Origin: Tubiluchus corallicola
Lineage: Eukaryota; Animalia; Priapulida
Assembly (NCBI GenBank): GCA_030141605.1
Contig: JAQGDQ010000151.1
Coordinates: 62,001 to 126,000 of the forward strand
DNA length: 64,000 nucleotides
Direction: 5' to 3'
Shown: positions 50,700 through 63,455 of the stretch, in pieces
Numbering within the stretch: the stretch's first letter is position 1
Layout: the number at the start of each line of letters is the position of its first letter
Notes under the pieces: model-generated
Database searches by the model: none
What the model was told of the DNA's origin: nothing
What the model saw: the letters and a program-made list of their open reading frames with translations, nothing else
Program-made: the position numbers and the translations under genes

Positions 50700-52400
50700 C
50701 GGAGCAGCTTAGTTCTATGTTGTTGCAGATATAGCACTGGATTTAGGCATTTTTCCAGTGCCTAGAAGAAAAGCGCTTATAATTGAAGCGATTTTGCAGT
50801 TTCAACCGAAAACAACACAACAAACAGTGTCAATGTCTGTCAGGCCTAAAGAAAGACCGATTAGTACACCTATAACTCTAGTTGAGGAAGGAGTTAAATT
50901 CTCCGTATCCCAGCCAGTGACCTTAGTATCTCCTTCACTTGATACAAGTCTTCGCAATTGTCGCCTGCACCGCTTGCACCCGGGCCCAGTGTAAGCGCAC
51001 CAAAGGTTACTAACCCTTTCCCTTATGATATGACGGGAATTCATTCCACCGAAAAGGCGAAATTGATACTTGAGTTGGAGGAAATGCGATTAAGAGAGAG
51101 AGAAGCGTTACTGAGGGACAGAGAGAAGGAAAGGCAGAGAGAATGGGAATTAAAAGAGTTAGAAATACGAGAGCGTGGTTTAGAACGGAAAGAGAGAGAG
51201 AGTGGAAGAGTGCAGAAGAAGAGAAGAGACGCAAATTAGAATGAGCAAAAATCAATTCTTCACGTATAAACAATGACTCTACAGTGAACACAGCAACAAA
51301 CACAATGACACTGAAACCTCTTAAAGTACGCCCATTTAAAGAGAATGAGGGCGAGACAATTTTGGAGTGGTTAACATACTATGAAAAATGTTGCCAAGTT
51401 AACAATGTGCCCCGTGAACAATGGTGTAGAACACTGGCACTACATCTTTCAGGCAAAGCAAGCCACGCATTTCAATTAATTAATGATCAAGACATTACGG
51501 TGTACACAAAAGTGAAACAAGAAATATTAAAAGCATATATGATAACACCAGAAAGTTATCATCTTTTATTCAGGGACATGCGCAAGTGTAAAGATGAGAC
51601 ATGTGTACAAACTGTTGTGCGTCTGCGAAAAGCAATGGACGATTGGGCGGATGCAATGAATGTTAAAACAAAACAAGAAGCTTTGGATTTAAGCATTTAT
51701 GAGCACTTTATGGACATAATACCGCAGAAGGTTTCCCTATGGCTAAAGAAAAATGCTATATACAAATTAGACGAAGCGGCTGAAAAAGCAGATGCTTATT
51801 TGTCAGCACAAAATCCGCGGACTCATTTTGGAAAGTCTATATATAACAAGCCCAGTCCAAAACCTGCCAGCAGTCCAAGTATGCCCAGTCAGGGCTCTTC
51901 TTCTTCATTGAAAGTTCGCTGCTATCACTGTGGGCAGCATTGACACTTTTCAGCTTCATGTCCACGTAAATCTGCTCCACGAACAGATAAACCCAGGTCA
52001 GTTACCTAACCCTAAAGGCATGCAGAAACAGTATTTAGCTTTAGCCTCCAATGAAAATACTGACCTAGCTGTAGATTCATGTGCCTGTTCGGCCTTTGTT
52101 TCAGGTGGTCCTTATTTTGAGGCAAAATTAAATGAGAAGTTGATTGAAGCCTTGCGAGATACTGGAGCATCTCGAAGTGTGGTCAATCCTGATTTTGTAA
52201 AACCAAACCAGTATATAGAAGGTGCTTTGTATGATTTAGCGTGCATTCATAATTGTGAAAAGCCATGTTCTGTAGCGGTGGTCGAACTGGAATCGCGGAT
52301 GAGGAACTGGAACTGGAATGAGGTTTCCTCACAGCAGCTGTTGTCCAGAGCAGTCCTGTTGCTTTATTATTAGGTAATGATTACGAAAACGAAATTGCGC
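50700..52400 (+). pseudogene. gag: gag and protease of the Gmr1-like LTR retrotransposon
   Basis: E/R-rich coiled coil, PFKENEGETILEWLTYYEK...LSGKA, CYHCGQH*HFSASCP knuckle, ALRDTGASRSVV. Confidence 0.85.
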
Positions 52401-52825
52401 CATTTTTGCCTGTGGAGTCGACTTCTCCTAGACATGCAAAGCATGTTAAGTCCTACTCAAAAAGAAAAACAAATCCTAAGATGAGCAAACAATCACAAAA
52501 GCTTGTAAAGACTCCACTAATTGAAAAACAACCATCCTTAGTTGAAGATACGAATGACACGGTTGTTTTGCCAGTAACGACGCGAGCAGGAGCCAAAGCT
52601 GAAACGCTACAACAGCAAGCTGAAGCTGAAACCTGCAAGGCCATGGAAGAAGATACTCTTTTGCCTACAAAAACTCTTAAGGCTGGGCAACAGGAGCAAG
52701 AGCTTTTGGATATTGTACAATGAGATCAGCTTATTCAAGAGCAGAAGGAAGATGTAACAATACGGAATTTATTTGATCATGTTCAGAGTGATGGAGAATG
52801 CCGAAAACAAAGAGGTGGATACTTC

Positions 52826-54485
52826 TTGAAGCAAGGTGTTTTGCATACCATACGTAAAAGTGCACGTGGTTCAGATACTGATTTGCTTGTAGTGCCGTCC
52901 TCTAGAAGGCAGCAAGTCCTTGAATTAGCACATGATAAGCTTCCTGCTGCTCACCAAGGCATGCAAAAAATCATTGACAGAGTTTTGTCCCAATACTTCT
53001 GGCCTAAAGTTCTGACTGCTATTAAAAACTACGTTAAGACCTGTTCTAGTTGCCAAAAGGCTTCAAGGTGCAGAACAGCAAATCGCGCTCCGTTGAAGCC
53101 TTTGCCTGTTGTTAAGGAGCCCTTTTTCCAAATTTGTATAAATTTGATCGGTCCTTTGCCACGTACCAAGGCTGGTAACAAGTTCGGCCTTGTAATAGTA
53201 GACCAGGCGACACGTTACCCTGATGCTTATCCCTTACCGGCAGAAACTGCATCTGGTGTTGCCAAGGCATTGTGGGAATTCATATGCAGACATGGCATTC
53301 CACGGGTAATTTTGTCGGATAGAGGAACCCAGTTTACATCCTCACTTATTTTAGACTTGGAAAAGGCTTTAGGTATTCAGGGCATTTTTGCCACGCCTTA
53401 CCATCCCCAGACCCAGGGGGTTACAGAGAAATTTAATTCCACACTGAAGAGCTCAATTAGGAAGTTAACTCAGACTGAACGCTCTTTGTGTTGGGATGAA
53501 CTTTTGCCATTCGTCCTATTTGCATACCGTGAGACTCCGCAGGAGTCATTAAAGTACAGTCCGTTCGAGTTAGTATATGGGTTCCCGGTGAGAGGGCCCA
53601 TGGCTGCACTGCGGCGCAAGTGGGGTTGTACAGAACCAGCACCCATTGAGCAAGTGGACGATTACGTTGAATGGGTCATCAACGAATTAGAGCGTAACAC
53701 AGAAGAGGCGCACCAATCTTTGCAAGATGCCAAGCTGGCACAAAAGAAGTGGTATGATCGTTTGTCTTCTACTAGATTATTTGAGATTGGACAAGGAGTC
53801 CTGGTCTTGCTTCCAGAGTCTAAAAGGAAACTCCCGAGGATATGGCAAGGTCCCTTTGAAGTAGTAGATAAACTCTCTGACCATACCTATAAGGTAGCCA
53901 TAAAGAAGCCTGGGGTAAAGACACGTATCCAGACTCTTCACATAAATCTCCTTAAACCACATTATACGAGGTCTAAGAGCCTAGTCCTGTATGCAAAATG
54001 CAGTAATGGAGATATGTGTTTTCCGGGTGTGGATGATCTTAACTCGGAGTGCCCAGATCTTGCCACTGAAGTGTCACCCATGCAACTATCTTACCTTCCA
54101 GAGTTTGCATTCCCACCATGTGCGCAACAAACACAGTCAGTGAAAGATGTTGAATATCCTGACCACTTAACCAAGGAGCAAACAACAGAGCTTCACCTGG
54201 TGTTAGAAAAATATTCGGAAATGTTCACTGACGTCCCATGTAGGACAGATGTTATAGAGCACCGAATCCTGTTAAAGGATCAGGAGCCGGTCTATCAACA
54301 AGCATACCGGATTTCGCAGGCCAAGAAAGAAACGGTACGCGAAGAGATTAGGGAGATGGAAAAACTGAATGTCATAGAAAAAACAGACTCCCCATGTGCA
54401 TCTCCAGTACTACTGTTACGAAAACAGGATGGTACAATTAGGTTTTGTATAGATTTTCGTGCTGTCAATAAAAAGACTGTCTTTT
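52826..54485 (+). CDS. pol: Integrase followed in-frame by the RT N-terminus (Gmr1 domain order), truncated
   Basis: AHDK..AHQG...CSSC, NLIGPLP, SDRGTQF, GVTEKFN, WQGPF, then IEHRI...ASPVLLLRKQDGTIRFCIDFRAVN in the same ORF (52826-54577). Confidence 0.92.
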
Positions 54486-56540
54486 TATTGGAAAATTTAC
54501 AATCTTATTCGCAGAATGGTTGTGCCTACGTAATATCGGGCTCAATCTCAAAGGTCCTACCAGTTTTTGTTGGCTAACTAGAGAGTTAGCCGCGAAAAAA
54601 GCTGTACGAAATATTGCATGTGAGTGAGATGGCCGTTGTTTCAAGTATGCCATCTTGGGGTATAGACATCTATTAACAAATTGGACTCAGTGCTTTTCAC
54701 AAAATTACGATCAGTATGCCCACAGTTTGAATTGGAATAGGATTGAATTTCTAGCTAAACCACCACAGCTAAAATGTTTGAAAAAATAACCCAGAATATT
54801 GCTTAAATATTTTTAGGTATTCTGCCAAAGATGCAAAACGCAAGAGAATTCATTAACATCCTTCTATTTAACCCTATGTACTAACCCTAAACTGTCTCCT
54901 AACCAACTCCACTACCAATCACCAGCAGTATTGTGAAAGGTGTTTGCAACCCTTCTATGATAACCGCAACACCCTGTACGAACATAGAAAAGAATGCTAT
55001 AGCACTGATGTATGCAAGAAAAATTACTTTCTCCAGACACGAAACTTTTAAAACATTTGTAAATAAATTTCACCTAGCTACATTGCCTACTACGACTTCA
55101 AAGCCATTCTCGTACCTAATGATGATCCACTCTTGAAAACCAAGCACTAATCTTTAGCAGCTGGCCTCTATCTCGTGCCCAACAAGAATATGATGGCTGA
55201 TCCTCTTCCCTGTGAATATAGTGAATTTGTTGGCAAAGATTACACTCATCAATTAATGCTCAGTGTTCACAATTTGGCACAACAGGTCTATCAGTGGAAC
55301 TTGGCAAATGCCAACCAGCTCCAGGACATGTCTCCTAGGAACGTGGCAAACTTCCATGTGACTAGCGAATGTGACTATTGCAAAAAACTCTTTGCGCGGC
55401 GATAAGGTATGTGACCATTGTCATCTGACCGGAAAATTTCGATGCACGGTTTGTATTTCTTGTAACGTTTTGCACATTTTGTTATTGTTATTCACAACTT
55501 TCGCTTCTACGATTGCTATTTTATAGTACAACACGGCATTGCTGAAAATTCAAAAATTAGCATGATTGCACAAAGTTCTGAAAAGTATCTAACATTGAAA
55601 TGGTCATTCGATGCTCACATACGAACTCTTGAGCAAATGGAGAAAGCGGTGATAACTGTTGTTTTTGTAGATTTGTTGCAACACCCTAATTCTAGCTTGG
55701 CAGGAAATTTAGACGTTTGAAAACACGCCGAGCTCATAACACATCAATATCCCCTTCTTTCTGAGGACACCATCGGATCTAAGGGGGTGATGTGGTATGA
55801 ATACATAAATCATCCATCCAGATTGGAGGTGGACCGTCTCCCTGCAAAGGAGCATTTTTTAACTCTTTGACGGGAGAAGGTACCACACCAGCAGATTACG
55901 AATTAGCTCACACCACCTGACGTGAGTTCGAGTGTTGTAATCTGCTTGAGTATTACCTCTGATACATGGAGTTGGATTTTAGACTTTTGGCCGACGTGCT
56001 TTTGGACTACTGCAAAATGTGCTCGCGACATTTCGGGCTAGATCTGATCCTCTGTTATTTTACCAGCACTGGGATGCCGCATTTAAAACACGCGGCATTC
56101 AAGTGGATGTCATTTCGGATCTGACCATGTTTCATAACTTCGAAAATAACATTAGAGGCGCGAGACCACGAAGTATTGGCTAACTGTCCTAAAATGAGCC
56201 ACTTCTATGATTCCAAAAAACCACTCTGTTACGTATTCCCCGTCGCTATGAATAATCCTTATGGACAAGCCCTGTCGCAACCACTTCCCTGTGGCAACTT
56301 CAGACAGTTAGCCAACACCGGTAGATTTGATCCGACCTCTGTGGATGAGAGTGGCGAAGTTGGATATTTCGTGATCTGTGTTCAAGAATGTCCTCGTCCT
56401 CCGGAAATCACAATTTAACAGCGGATTTCCCGTTGGCACCCGAACGAATGACTCCACAGACCACGTTATTTTCGGAGTTCATGTGTTCAACAACAATGGT
56501 GGCGGATATGCGCAATTTGCACATGCCCATATTTAGAAGA
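54486..56540 (+). pseudogene. Decayed Maverick/Polinton pPolB, copy 2 (N-terminal two-thirds)
   Basis: LTRELAAKKAVRNI...RCFKYAIL N-terminal motif, then clear nucleotide homology to 32960-34820 (CDHCHLTGKF, NIRG, MNNPYGQALSQPLPCG, FPLAPER). Confidence 0.9.
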
Positions 56541-56787
56541 GATATTTAGTAGAATTTAGAACTTTCTATACGCGATGCGATATAGATTTCTAGATTGTGT
56601 TGGTGTTGTCCATAGATATATAGGGCGGAGCTGGCCGCTCAATTTGTTCTCATATTCTCAGCTACTCTCAGATTAATCGCAGATTATTGTATGCTATTTT
56701 AATATCACTTGACTGTAAACATTTTGCGTTCCTTCATACTGTGTGTTGTAGAATTCTCATACAATAAATCAGTTTAATTTGACAACA
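56540..56787 (+). mobile_element. Possible LTR remnant
   Basis: TATA-like GATATATAG, AATAAA at about 56763 and a CAACA end; replaces the 3' part of pPolB copy 2. Confidence 0.4.
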
Positions 56788-57028
56788 TGTTTTTTTGTTT
56801 TCTCTACGAGCCGTCCGAGAAAAAGAAACACAACAATTGTACATACGCAAATGTGTGTAAATTCGTAAACATGTATATATGTAAATATGTACATATCCTC
56901 GATGTAAATATTTTACTTTATTTATTTATTCCTATCTTTGAATTTGTAAATATCGCACCTATATATGTTGTGTATAATCGTTGTTGTTGTTGTAAATACG
57001 AAAATGTGTCATTCTTAAATTTCCCCTG

Positions 57029-57071
57029 TATATATATATTTATTTATTTATGCAAAATATATACATAAAGA

Positions 57072-57107
<36 letters not shown>

Positions 57108-57135
57108 TCTTTATGTATATATTTTGCATAAATAA

Positions 57136-57150
<15 letters not shown>
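57029..57150. repeat. 122-bp perfect palindrome centred on an (AT)n tract
   Basis: ...TTTATGCAAAATATATACATAAAGATTC(AT)nGAATCTTTATGTATATATTTTGCATAAA... Confidence 0.92.
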
Positions 57151-57171
<21 letters not shown>

Positions 57172-57385
57172 AATAAATATAATCTTTAAAAGAAAAAAGA
57201 TTTGTCTCGAGTTTGGTGTGATGTTTTTATTTCATTATAAATGATGGTGATGAACGAGTGATCGTATTTAAAAGAAATGGATGAGTATTCCGCCTTTACT
57301 CTTCTCCACTCATGCCCAAGCATAGCGACTGAAACAATCCACCACTCTTAGCATGTGCTTGTAGCTGTCATTGTATTTGAAGCTA

Positions 57386-57545
57386 TTCCTAACCCTAACT
57401 CTATCCCTACCCCTCCAAATAGTGATCTACCCTAACCCTAGTTTAACCCTAACCGTAGCTGCTAACCCTAACCCTAACCCTAGCTCTAACCTTAGCTGCT
57501 AACCCTAACTCTAGCTCTATCCCTAGATGCTATCCTTAACCCTAT
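57386..57545. repeat. Degenerate telomere-like (CCCTAA)n tract
   Basis: Many AACCCT hexamers mixed with AGCTCT/AGCTGCT variants. Confidence 0.85.
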
Positions 57546-57612
57546 TTTAGTGATGAGATGAGAGCTACCTCTCGCGTTCTTACTGGTTTCTTTTGAAATC
57601 CGTCTTTGTCGT

Positions 57613-58059
57613 CTATCCCAACAGAGTCATGGGTTCACTTTTTTCTTTCAGATATTCAGAAAAGTCAGACAATCTGCTAGGTGTGAGCCAAATGCACCAG
57701 ACGTCCTGCATGTGCCATATGCCTACTTTGTCCCAACTAGCGTGGTGAGCCTTCAAAAAGGAGACAATTTTTCGCCTTTGTTCTTGTACTTGACGGGCAC
57801 CTCTTATGTGAGCAGTGAGTCGGGCTGTGGTACTGTCATCTTGCCCCGTGGCTGACGGATGTTTCAAGTCTTTGATCTTTTGCACCATTTCGCTTCTCAA
57901 CTTATTTTCCACATCAGGTGGTAAATTCTGTGCATACAATTCTCCCATTTGCTGTTGAATTTCTACAGTGTTCTGCAAAGCTGGCATGTCTAGAGTGGCA
58001 AGGGAAGGTTTCAGCCTGTTATACTCGGCCATAGGTACCAACACCATCTGAGAATACAT
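57613..58059 (-). CDS. Maverick/Polinton-type small conserved protein (probably degenerate at the 3' end)
   Basis: MYSQMVLVP...LPPDVENKL...SWDKVG resembles the MVLVP-type ORF that follows the LNILxGNV gene in Mavericks; starts 3 nt after that gene's stop. Confidence 0.6.
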   Translation of the reverse strand: MYSQMVLVPMAEYNRLKPSLATLDMPALQNTVEIQQQMGELYAQNLPPDVENKLRSEMVQKIKDLKHPSATGQDDSTTARLTAHIRGARQVQEQRRKIVSFLKAHHASWDKVGIWHMQDVWCIWLTPSRLSDFSEYLKEKSEPMTLLG

Positions 58060-58062
58060 TTT

Positions 58063-58433
58063 CTATTTCTTGTTTTTATTCCGAAAGGCTTTCACGGTTC
58101 TAGCCACGGATGCAGCGGCTGAAGTGGCACCAAATATACCTGTCAAGATGGGTATGATTCGAAATATTCGACCCTTTTGCACCAGCACGTGACTAATGGT
58201 CTGCAATGTGGAGCCGGGTCAAGCTAATCTTCTGAGTATGTTGCAATGACCTTTCAACACCTTTATCTGTTTCGGTTTCAACTTCACGTTTCCACGTAGT
58301 ATGTTGAGACACATTCTGCTAAATTCACTGCATCTCTATCGGCCCATTTTAACAAGTCTCTCCTCTGGTGGGAACTGGCATGAGCCAGCTGACTGAGAAA
58401 CTATTTGTATCGTCTAATGTGACCCGGTGTCAT
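58063..58433 (-). pseudogene. Maverick/adintovirus-type small basic protein (LNILxGNV...QxGG family)
   Basis: Manual translation MTPGHIRRYK*FLSQLAHASSHQRRDLLKWADRDAVNLAE/CLNILRGNVKLKPKQIKVLKGHCNILRRLA*PGSTLQTISHVLVQKGRIFRIIPILTGIFG...; two stops and one frameshift. Confidence 0.72.
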
Positions 58434-59235
58434 TCCTGCTGCTAGTACTGGTATTGCTGTTGTTGCTGATAGTGCTGCTGCTGCTACCATTGGTTCGGTG
58501 GCTCACCCAGCACGATTTTGTTTATCTCGTTTTTGGGGTAGAAAGACCAACTGCAGTGCTTCGTGTGGAAATAAAAGGAAATCCGTCGGACTTACCCTCT
58601 TGAGAAATATTTTTATGTTAAAGCTACCTTACCTTTTGCGAGGGAGTCTGCAAAGTATACCACTTGGCCATGGAGGCTACACTTGGTGTGAAAGTGTTAA
58701 AAGCTGCATAAGTACCGTTTAATGGGGATCTTCAGGGTCCACAGCGGGGCAACATTCACACTACTGCTGCATCTTTGTAAATCGCAGGCTAATTCCTTGG
58801 GCATGTGTAAATCGTTCTTATACACAAAGTATGTGCTCAGCATGATACATAAATCCTGGCCCCATGAATGTTTCTTTTATCTTGGAAAGTTATTCCATCT
58901 TTTATTTTTTTATTTGTTTTACAACTTTGGAGATTTTTGGAAGACGTGCACAACTACTACAAAACATACACACTTCCACATATTCAATTTAATGGACTCA
59001 AATTTTTCAGTACAATCACTTTTCAAACTTTATGAAAGCCATCAAATTTTACCAGCTGAACAAAACTGTAGTCCAGCCAAGGCAAAGGTCGATATTTGAG
59101 GATGTTGAAAAGAGTTTAAGAGGTGATACTCGTGCACATGTGGGTATATACTGTACAGTATTGCAACTGTCACTGCAACATGAGATTATTTTATGTTGCC
59201 CTAGAAGCTGATGGCTAAACGTATGTCTTGTTTAG

Positions 59236-59386
59236 GTGTGAGTTTCACTGTGCCTCTTAAAACCTTAGAACAATTTAACGTTTACACATTCGTTGTTGAA
59301 GTCAGAAGAGCAAACCGAATAGCAACTCAGAAGGCAAAACAGCTTGTTGAAGCATTTCCTGGAGAGCAACCAACATTACTCATCAA
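59236..59386 (+). CDS. Exon of the REJ-domain gene
   Basis: tttag|GT GTG AGT...ATC AA|gtaagt; encodes SVSFTVPLKTLEQFNVYTFVVEVRRANRIATQKAKQLVEAFPGEQPTLLI; phase 1 in, phase 2 out. Confidence 0.88.
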
Positions 59387-61449
59387 GTAAGTTTACTTCC
59401 TTACCCGCATTTGCTTAGGATATTTGATTTTTACTAGAATCGAAACTCAGCGAAATCTCGATAGCTTCAAGGCATTCACTGTGGCCTTGATCACTTTTTC
59501 GGTGTGTGCACAAATTTCTTTCAGAACTTGCTTCTTCTTGGTATGAAGCTAAACCAAACCAACGTATTACGTAAAAAGAGGAATAAAAACATCCGTGTGA
59601 CTTATTAGTGCACTATAAAAGTTATTTTAATCAAATTATAGTGATGACATATTTAAATAGTTTTTTGTCTATTTACAAGATAAATGTTCTTTGTTGACTA
59701 AATTGATTGGGCACTGGAATTTTCTAAATGGGAAGTGTTCGGTTTTGCACATCATGTTTTTGCTTCATCTACGTGAACTGGGTTTCAGGAATTTTATGAA
59801 TTTAAAATTACAAACACACTTAAAAGGAAATGTTTTTTTAAAGTATTTCAAATGGGTCCTTTCTTTGTGTCCCCTAATAGAACCCTCGACCATTTTATGA
59901 GAAAATACTATGTTTGAAAAACCTTTCAAGAATGAGAAAACATGAAAAACGTGAAAGATTCTTCACAAAGAAAGACTTGTAAGTGATCAACTGTTGAATT
60001 TTTAAACAAAAGTAGGCTGTTCGTTCGTCATCAGGAGCAGAAATGGGCGACAACTTTCGTGGTTTCTTAAAAACGATTGTTTTATCTGCTCAACTAAGGA
60101 GCTGGTTGTTTTGCTGTATAGTGCTGCATCATTAATTGTAATTTTTAAATTATATAACTTTTGTTAGTTTAGTTTTTAGCTGTAATTATAGATTTATCCA
60201 TTAAGTTTTTATGTTTTCTGAAATTTCCATTTTCTTTTGTATGTAAAATCATTTTTAGAAATGATATGGATTTCTTAGTTAGTACTTTTGTTTCTTATTA
60301 TAATATTCATAGTTTCCGAAACAGTACTATTTGTTAATTCTTTTATTTGCATGCCTGTTTTTACAATTACATTGTTATTTATAACTGCTTCTGGTTCCTA
60401 GTACATTACTTATATAAATTTTTCTGTTAATTATAGTTTAACTTAACTGTAGTTCACGTTTTAAGTTAAATAGAATTCACTGACCTTTGTCCAGAATCCA
60501 GATGTCTTTTATTTGTCGTGAATGCTATGCCCAGCTAGTTTCCAGTCAAAATAAACTGGCTTTTGGCAATTCTGCACATTAATAACAATTTATTCCTGAT
60601 ATTTATTTGAAAAACGATTTTCGTTTTTTTATACATATGTTTTTATGGTTTAAGTAAAATATTTTCAAGTCTTCTTTGAAAAATTTAGGACTTTTTGCCA
60701 ATAATAATAATAGGGCCTTTTTAAGTGTGCCACCTACAGGGAGGCATGTTCTAAATAGAACAGAATCTTTTTATTCATAGCTTTATATTTCAGTGCCACA
60801 TGCTTTTATATTTTAAAGAACTGGGTTCAAAGTAGCTGCAGATAATTTAACAAGACTCGGCCAGGAAACTTTAAGCTCCCGTATAGTTACTAGTAACTAG
60901 AGTATGATTGTAAGAAGTTTTTCATGCACTAAAACCAGACATTTTCAAGAGTCAGAACATAATCATTCGCTGAAATTAATAGAATACAATCGATAGATCA
61001 CGATCTATCATTATAATTATATTATTGAGTATAAAGTATTTTTTATTATTTAAACGGTTTCCCTTGCATGATTATCTCTTGCAAGAAAGAATAACTGTGA
61101 CAAAAGCTGTAGTATATCGTGAGGTTGCAGCCGGCTACTTATAGTAGCAACATAGTAATGAAAACCGACAGCATGACTTCAATAATTTATAACTCGGTGT
61201 CAGTAATAATGAACGATGTCTTGTAGTTGTCTTTTTAGCATATGTGATCAAATGTCTTGTTTAACACATCTGATCACATAGAATATTGAACATAAAGTAC
61301 TCTGATAAACATCCACAATAAGACTAAGAGGGTAGAATCTATAACAAAGCACTGGTGTCTACAAACTGACTGTGGTTCAGCTGGTAATGCTGGTTCTTAT
61401 ATACCGCAATTCTGAGGTTAAACTTATGTCGCAGATCTAAAAATATCTA

Positions 61450-62720
61450 TCCTTAATAAAACCTAGCAACAAGCCTCTACTGACCTGTCACGATGGTAAC
61501 GTCTTCTGTTGCCATATCACCATGGAAAATGGTACTATTTCTAAGTTGCTGTTGGTTGACCTTTACGCGCTGTAATGTAAGACACATCCTAATACACATC
61601 TGACTGGCTAGAGTAACAGCTTCTAGCATACTTCCGATGGTAAGGTCAGTGACTCCTAACTCTTCAGTACTATAATCTTATGCCTGTAGAGCTTTCACAA
61701 GAAGTTGCTCTTTACAAGTGGTGGGTGTTCACAAGACAGAGATGCAAACAGGCAAGCAGACTATCTGCAGAGCATTTACAAGTTAACAATATTAAAATAT
61801 ATATATATAAGTAACAATATAACGATATATGTATAGTATATCATTATAGATATAGGTATAAATAATATATTTGATAACTAATATGGTATATTTACTATAT
61901 AATGCTTTCCTGTAAGTTTCTTCAGTAACTTGAGATTGTTAGTCAAAATAATAAGCTACTAATTATTAAGATTCTGCTAGTTTTCAATCAATATATTTAT
62001 CTAGAAACAGCTTTGACAACAGTGTTCAAACTTTTTGAATTAAACTCTACTTTTCATCACACCATAATATAAATATTTTCGTTTTTTGTACATATGTCAT
62101 GCAACTGTACATGAAAACTATAATTGGAAAACATACATGAATAAGGAAAATGCTGCTGCTTGCTACAATACTTCAGTACCACGTTATGGAACAGCTCAAG
62201 TTCCCCAGTATAACAAAAGTTTATTAGGTGTGGTAAAGCCTTCATTAAGCTTTTATCCAAAACAACAACTTGTGGAGCTTTATGAGGTGACCCTGCCTCT
62301 AGCCATGATGTAGTTTTTTCTTCATCTGTTGGTAGCAGCTCATGAGCACATTTGTGGTACAGCACATCACCCACCCAACTTGGTTTACTAGATATGTGGT
62401 TCAAAGTAGAGACACATTTCCCTGCACAAAATAATGTCAGTATTAATTGAAATTTAGCTATAATCACCAAATATGTGTAAAAATTCACGATTTGAATACT
62501 AAAAGCCATTAAATTTTTTTACAAGCTTTTGTTAGCAATTGGGGATCTCTTGCAAATTCTGCAACACCACCACAAGTGATTACAAATGCTTTGGATTCAT
62601 GACCCAGGTCTTTGCAAGATTTTGATTTTGATGTTATCATGTTTCATGTTTCAGCCTATTCAATGATCTCTTGTGACCTTCCGGCTCCATAGCGTTTGAG
62701 TTTTTAACCTATGCAAAGAA
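61450..62720 (-). mobile_element. DDE transposase remnant (Kolobok/MULE-like), apparently intron-containing
   Basis: AMEPEG..RSL, CKDL...IQSICNHLWWC, HKCAH...WLEAGSPH...FCYTGELELFHNVVLKYCSK..HFPY. The left boundary is approximate. Confidence 0.65.
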
Positions 62721-63455
62721 AATACATGTCGAATTAATATCCCATAATATGTGTTATCAGTATGTTATTCCTTATTTAATTTTTTGCAAACAAAAATAGT
62801 TCGGGCTGACAATTGATGCTTTTATTACTTGTCAAATTGTGATTTAAATGTCTTGGTGTAAATTTAGAATGCCTTTTAACAGTTGCTGTTGTAGTTATCT
62901 GTAATGTTGAAGGAATAACTGTGGAATACTTGAGTGGTCACGTTGTATGCTTGATTGCTAAGAAAACGAATGCAGGGCTTAGTTAATAATTAGACTGATG
63001 ATTGGCCACCTGTCAGGAAATTATAGTTTGGACAAAATGCAATTCCTAAGTAATTATACATGGCAAGTTCAACGGAGGCAATACTATGCCCTTCAGGGCC
63101 TTGATACCTATGAAAAAGCGATAAGTTCTGATTTCACTAAGCCTTCAATTGTCAAGCACAACAGCTCTTATTCAAAATTATTCTAAATCTTGTTTTAAAA
63201 ACATTTTAACTATTTTAAAACATTTTTGTGTAAAAAAACAAAAGCTGTCACATAAAGCATCTCCTGTCCCATAAGCAGAATCTTACCACAGTTTTTACAC
63301 AGTCAAAACGGTCCACTAGTTATTATTATAGATAGTAAAAAGGATTTGGAACTCACAGGAACCAAAAAGGAAAATATGGCACAAAACATGTTACAGTAAA
63401 TTGCTGTGTCTGGGTTTACATAACTGTTGGTACTTATAGTGTACATTTTTGACAG

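Noticed and set aside
57386-57545. True telomere or chromosome fusion site
   Set aside because: Short, degenerate, single orientation and inside an intron.
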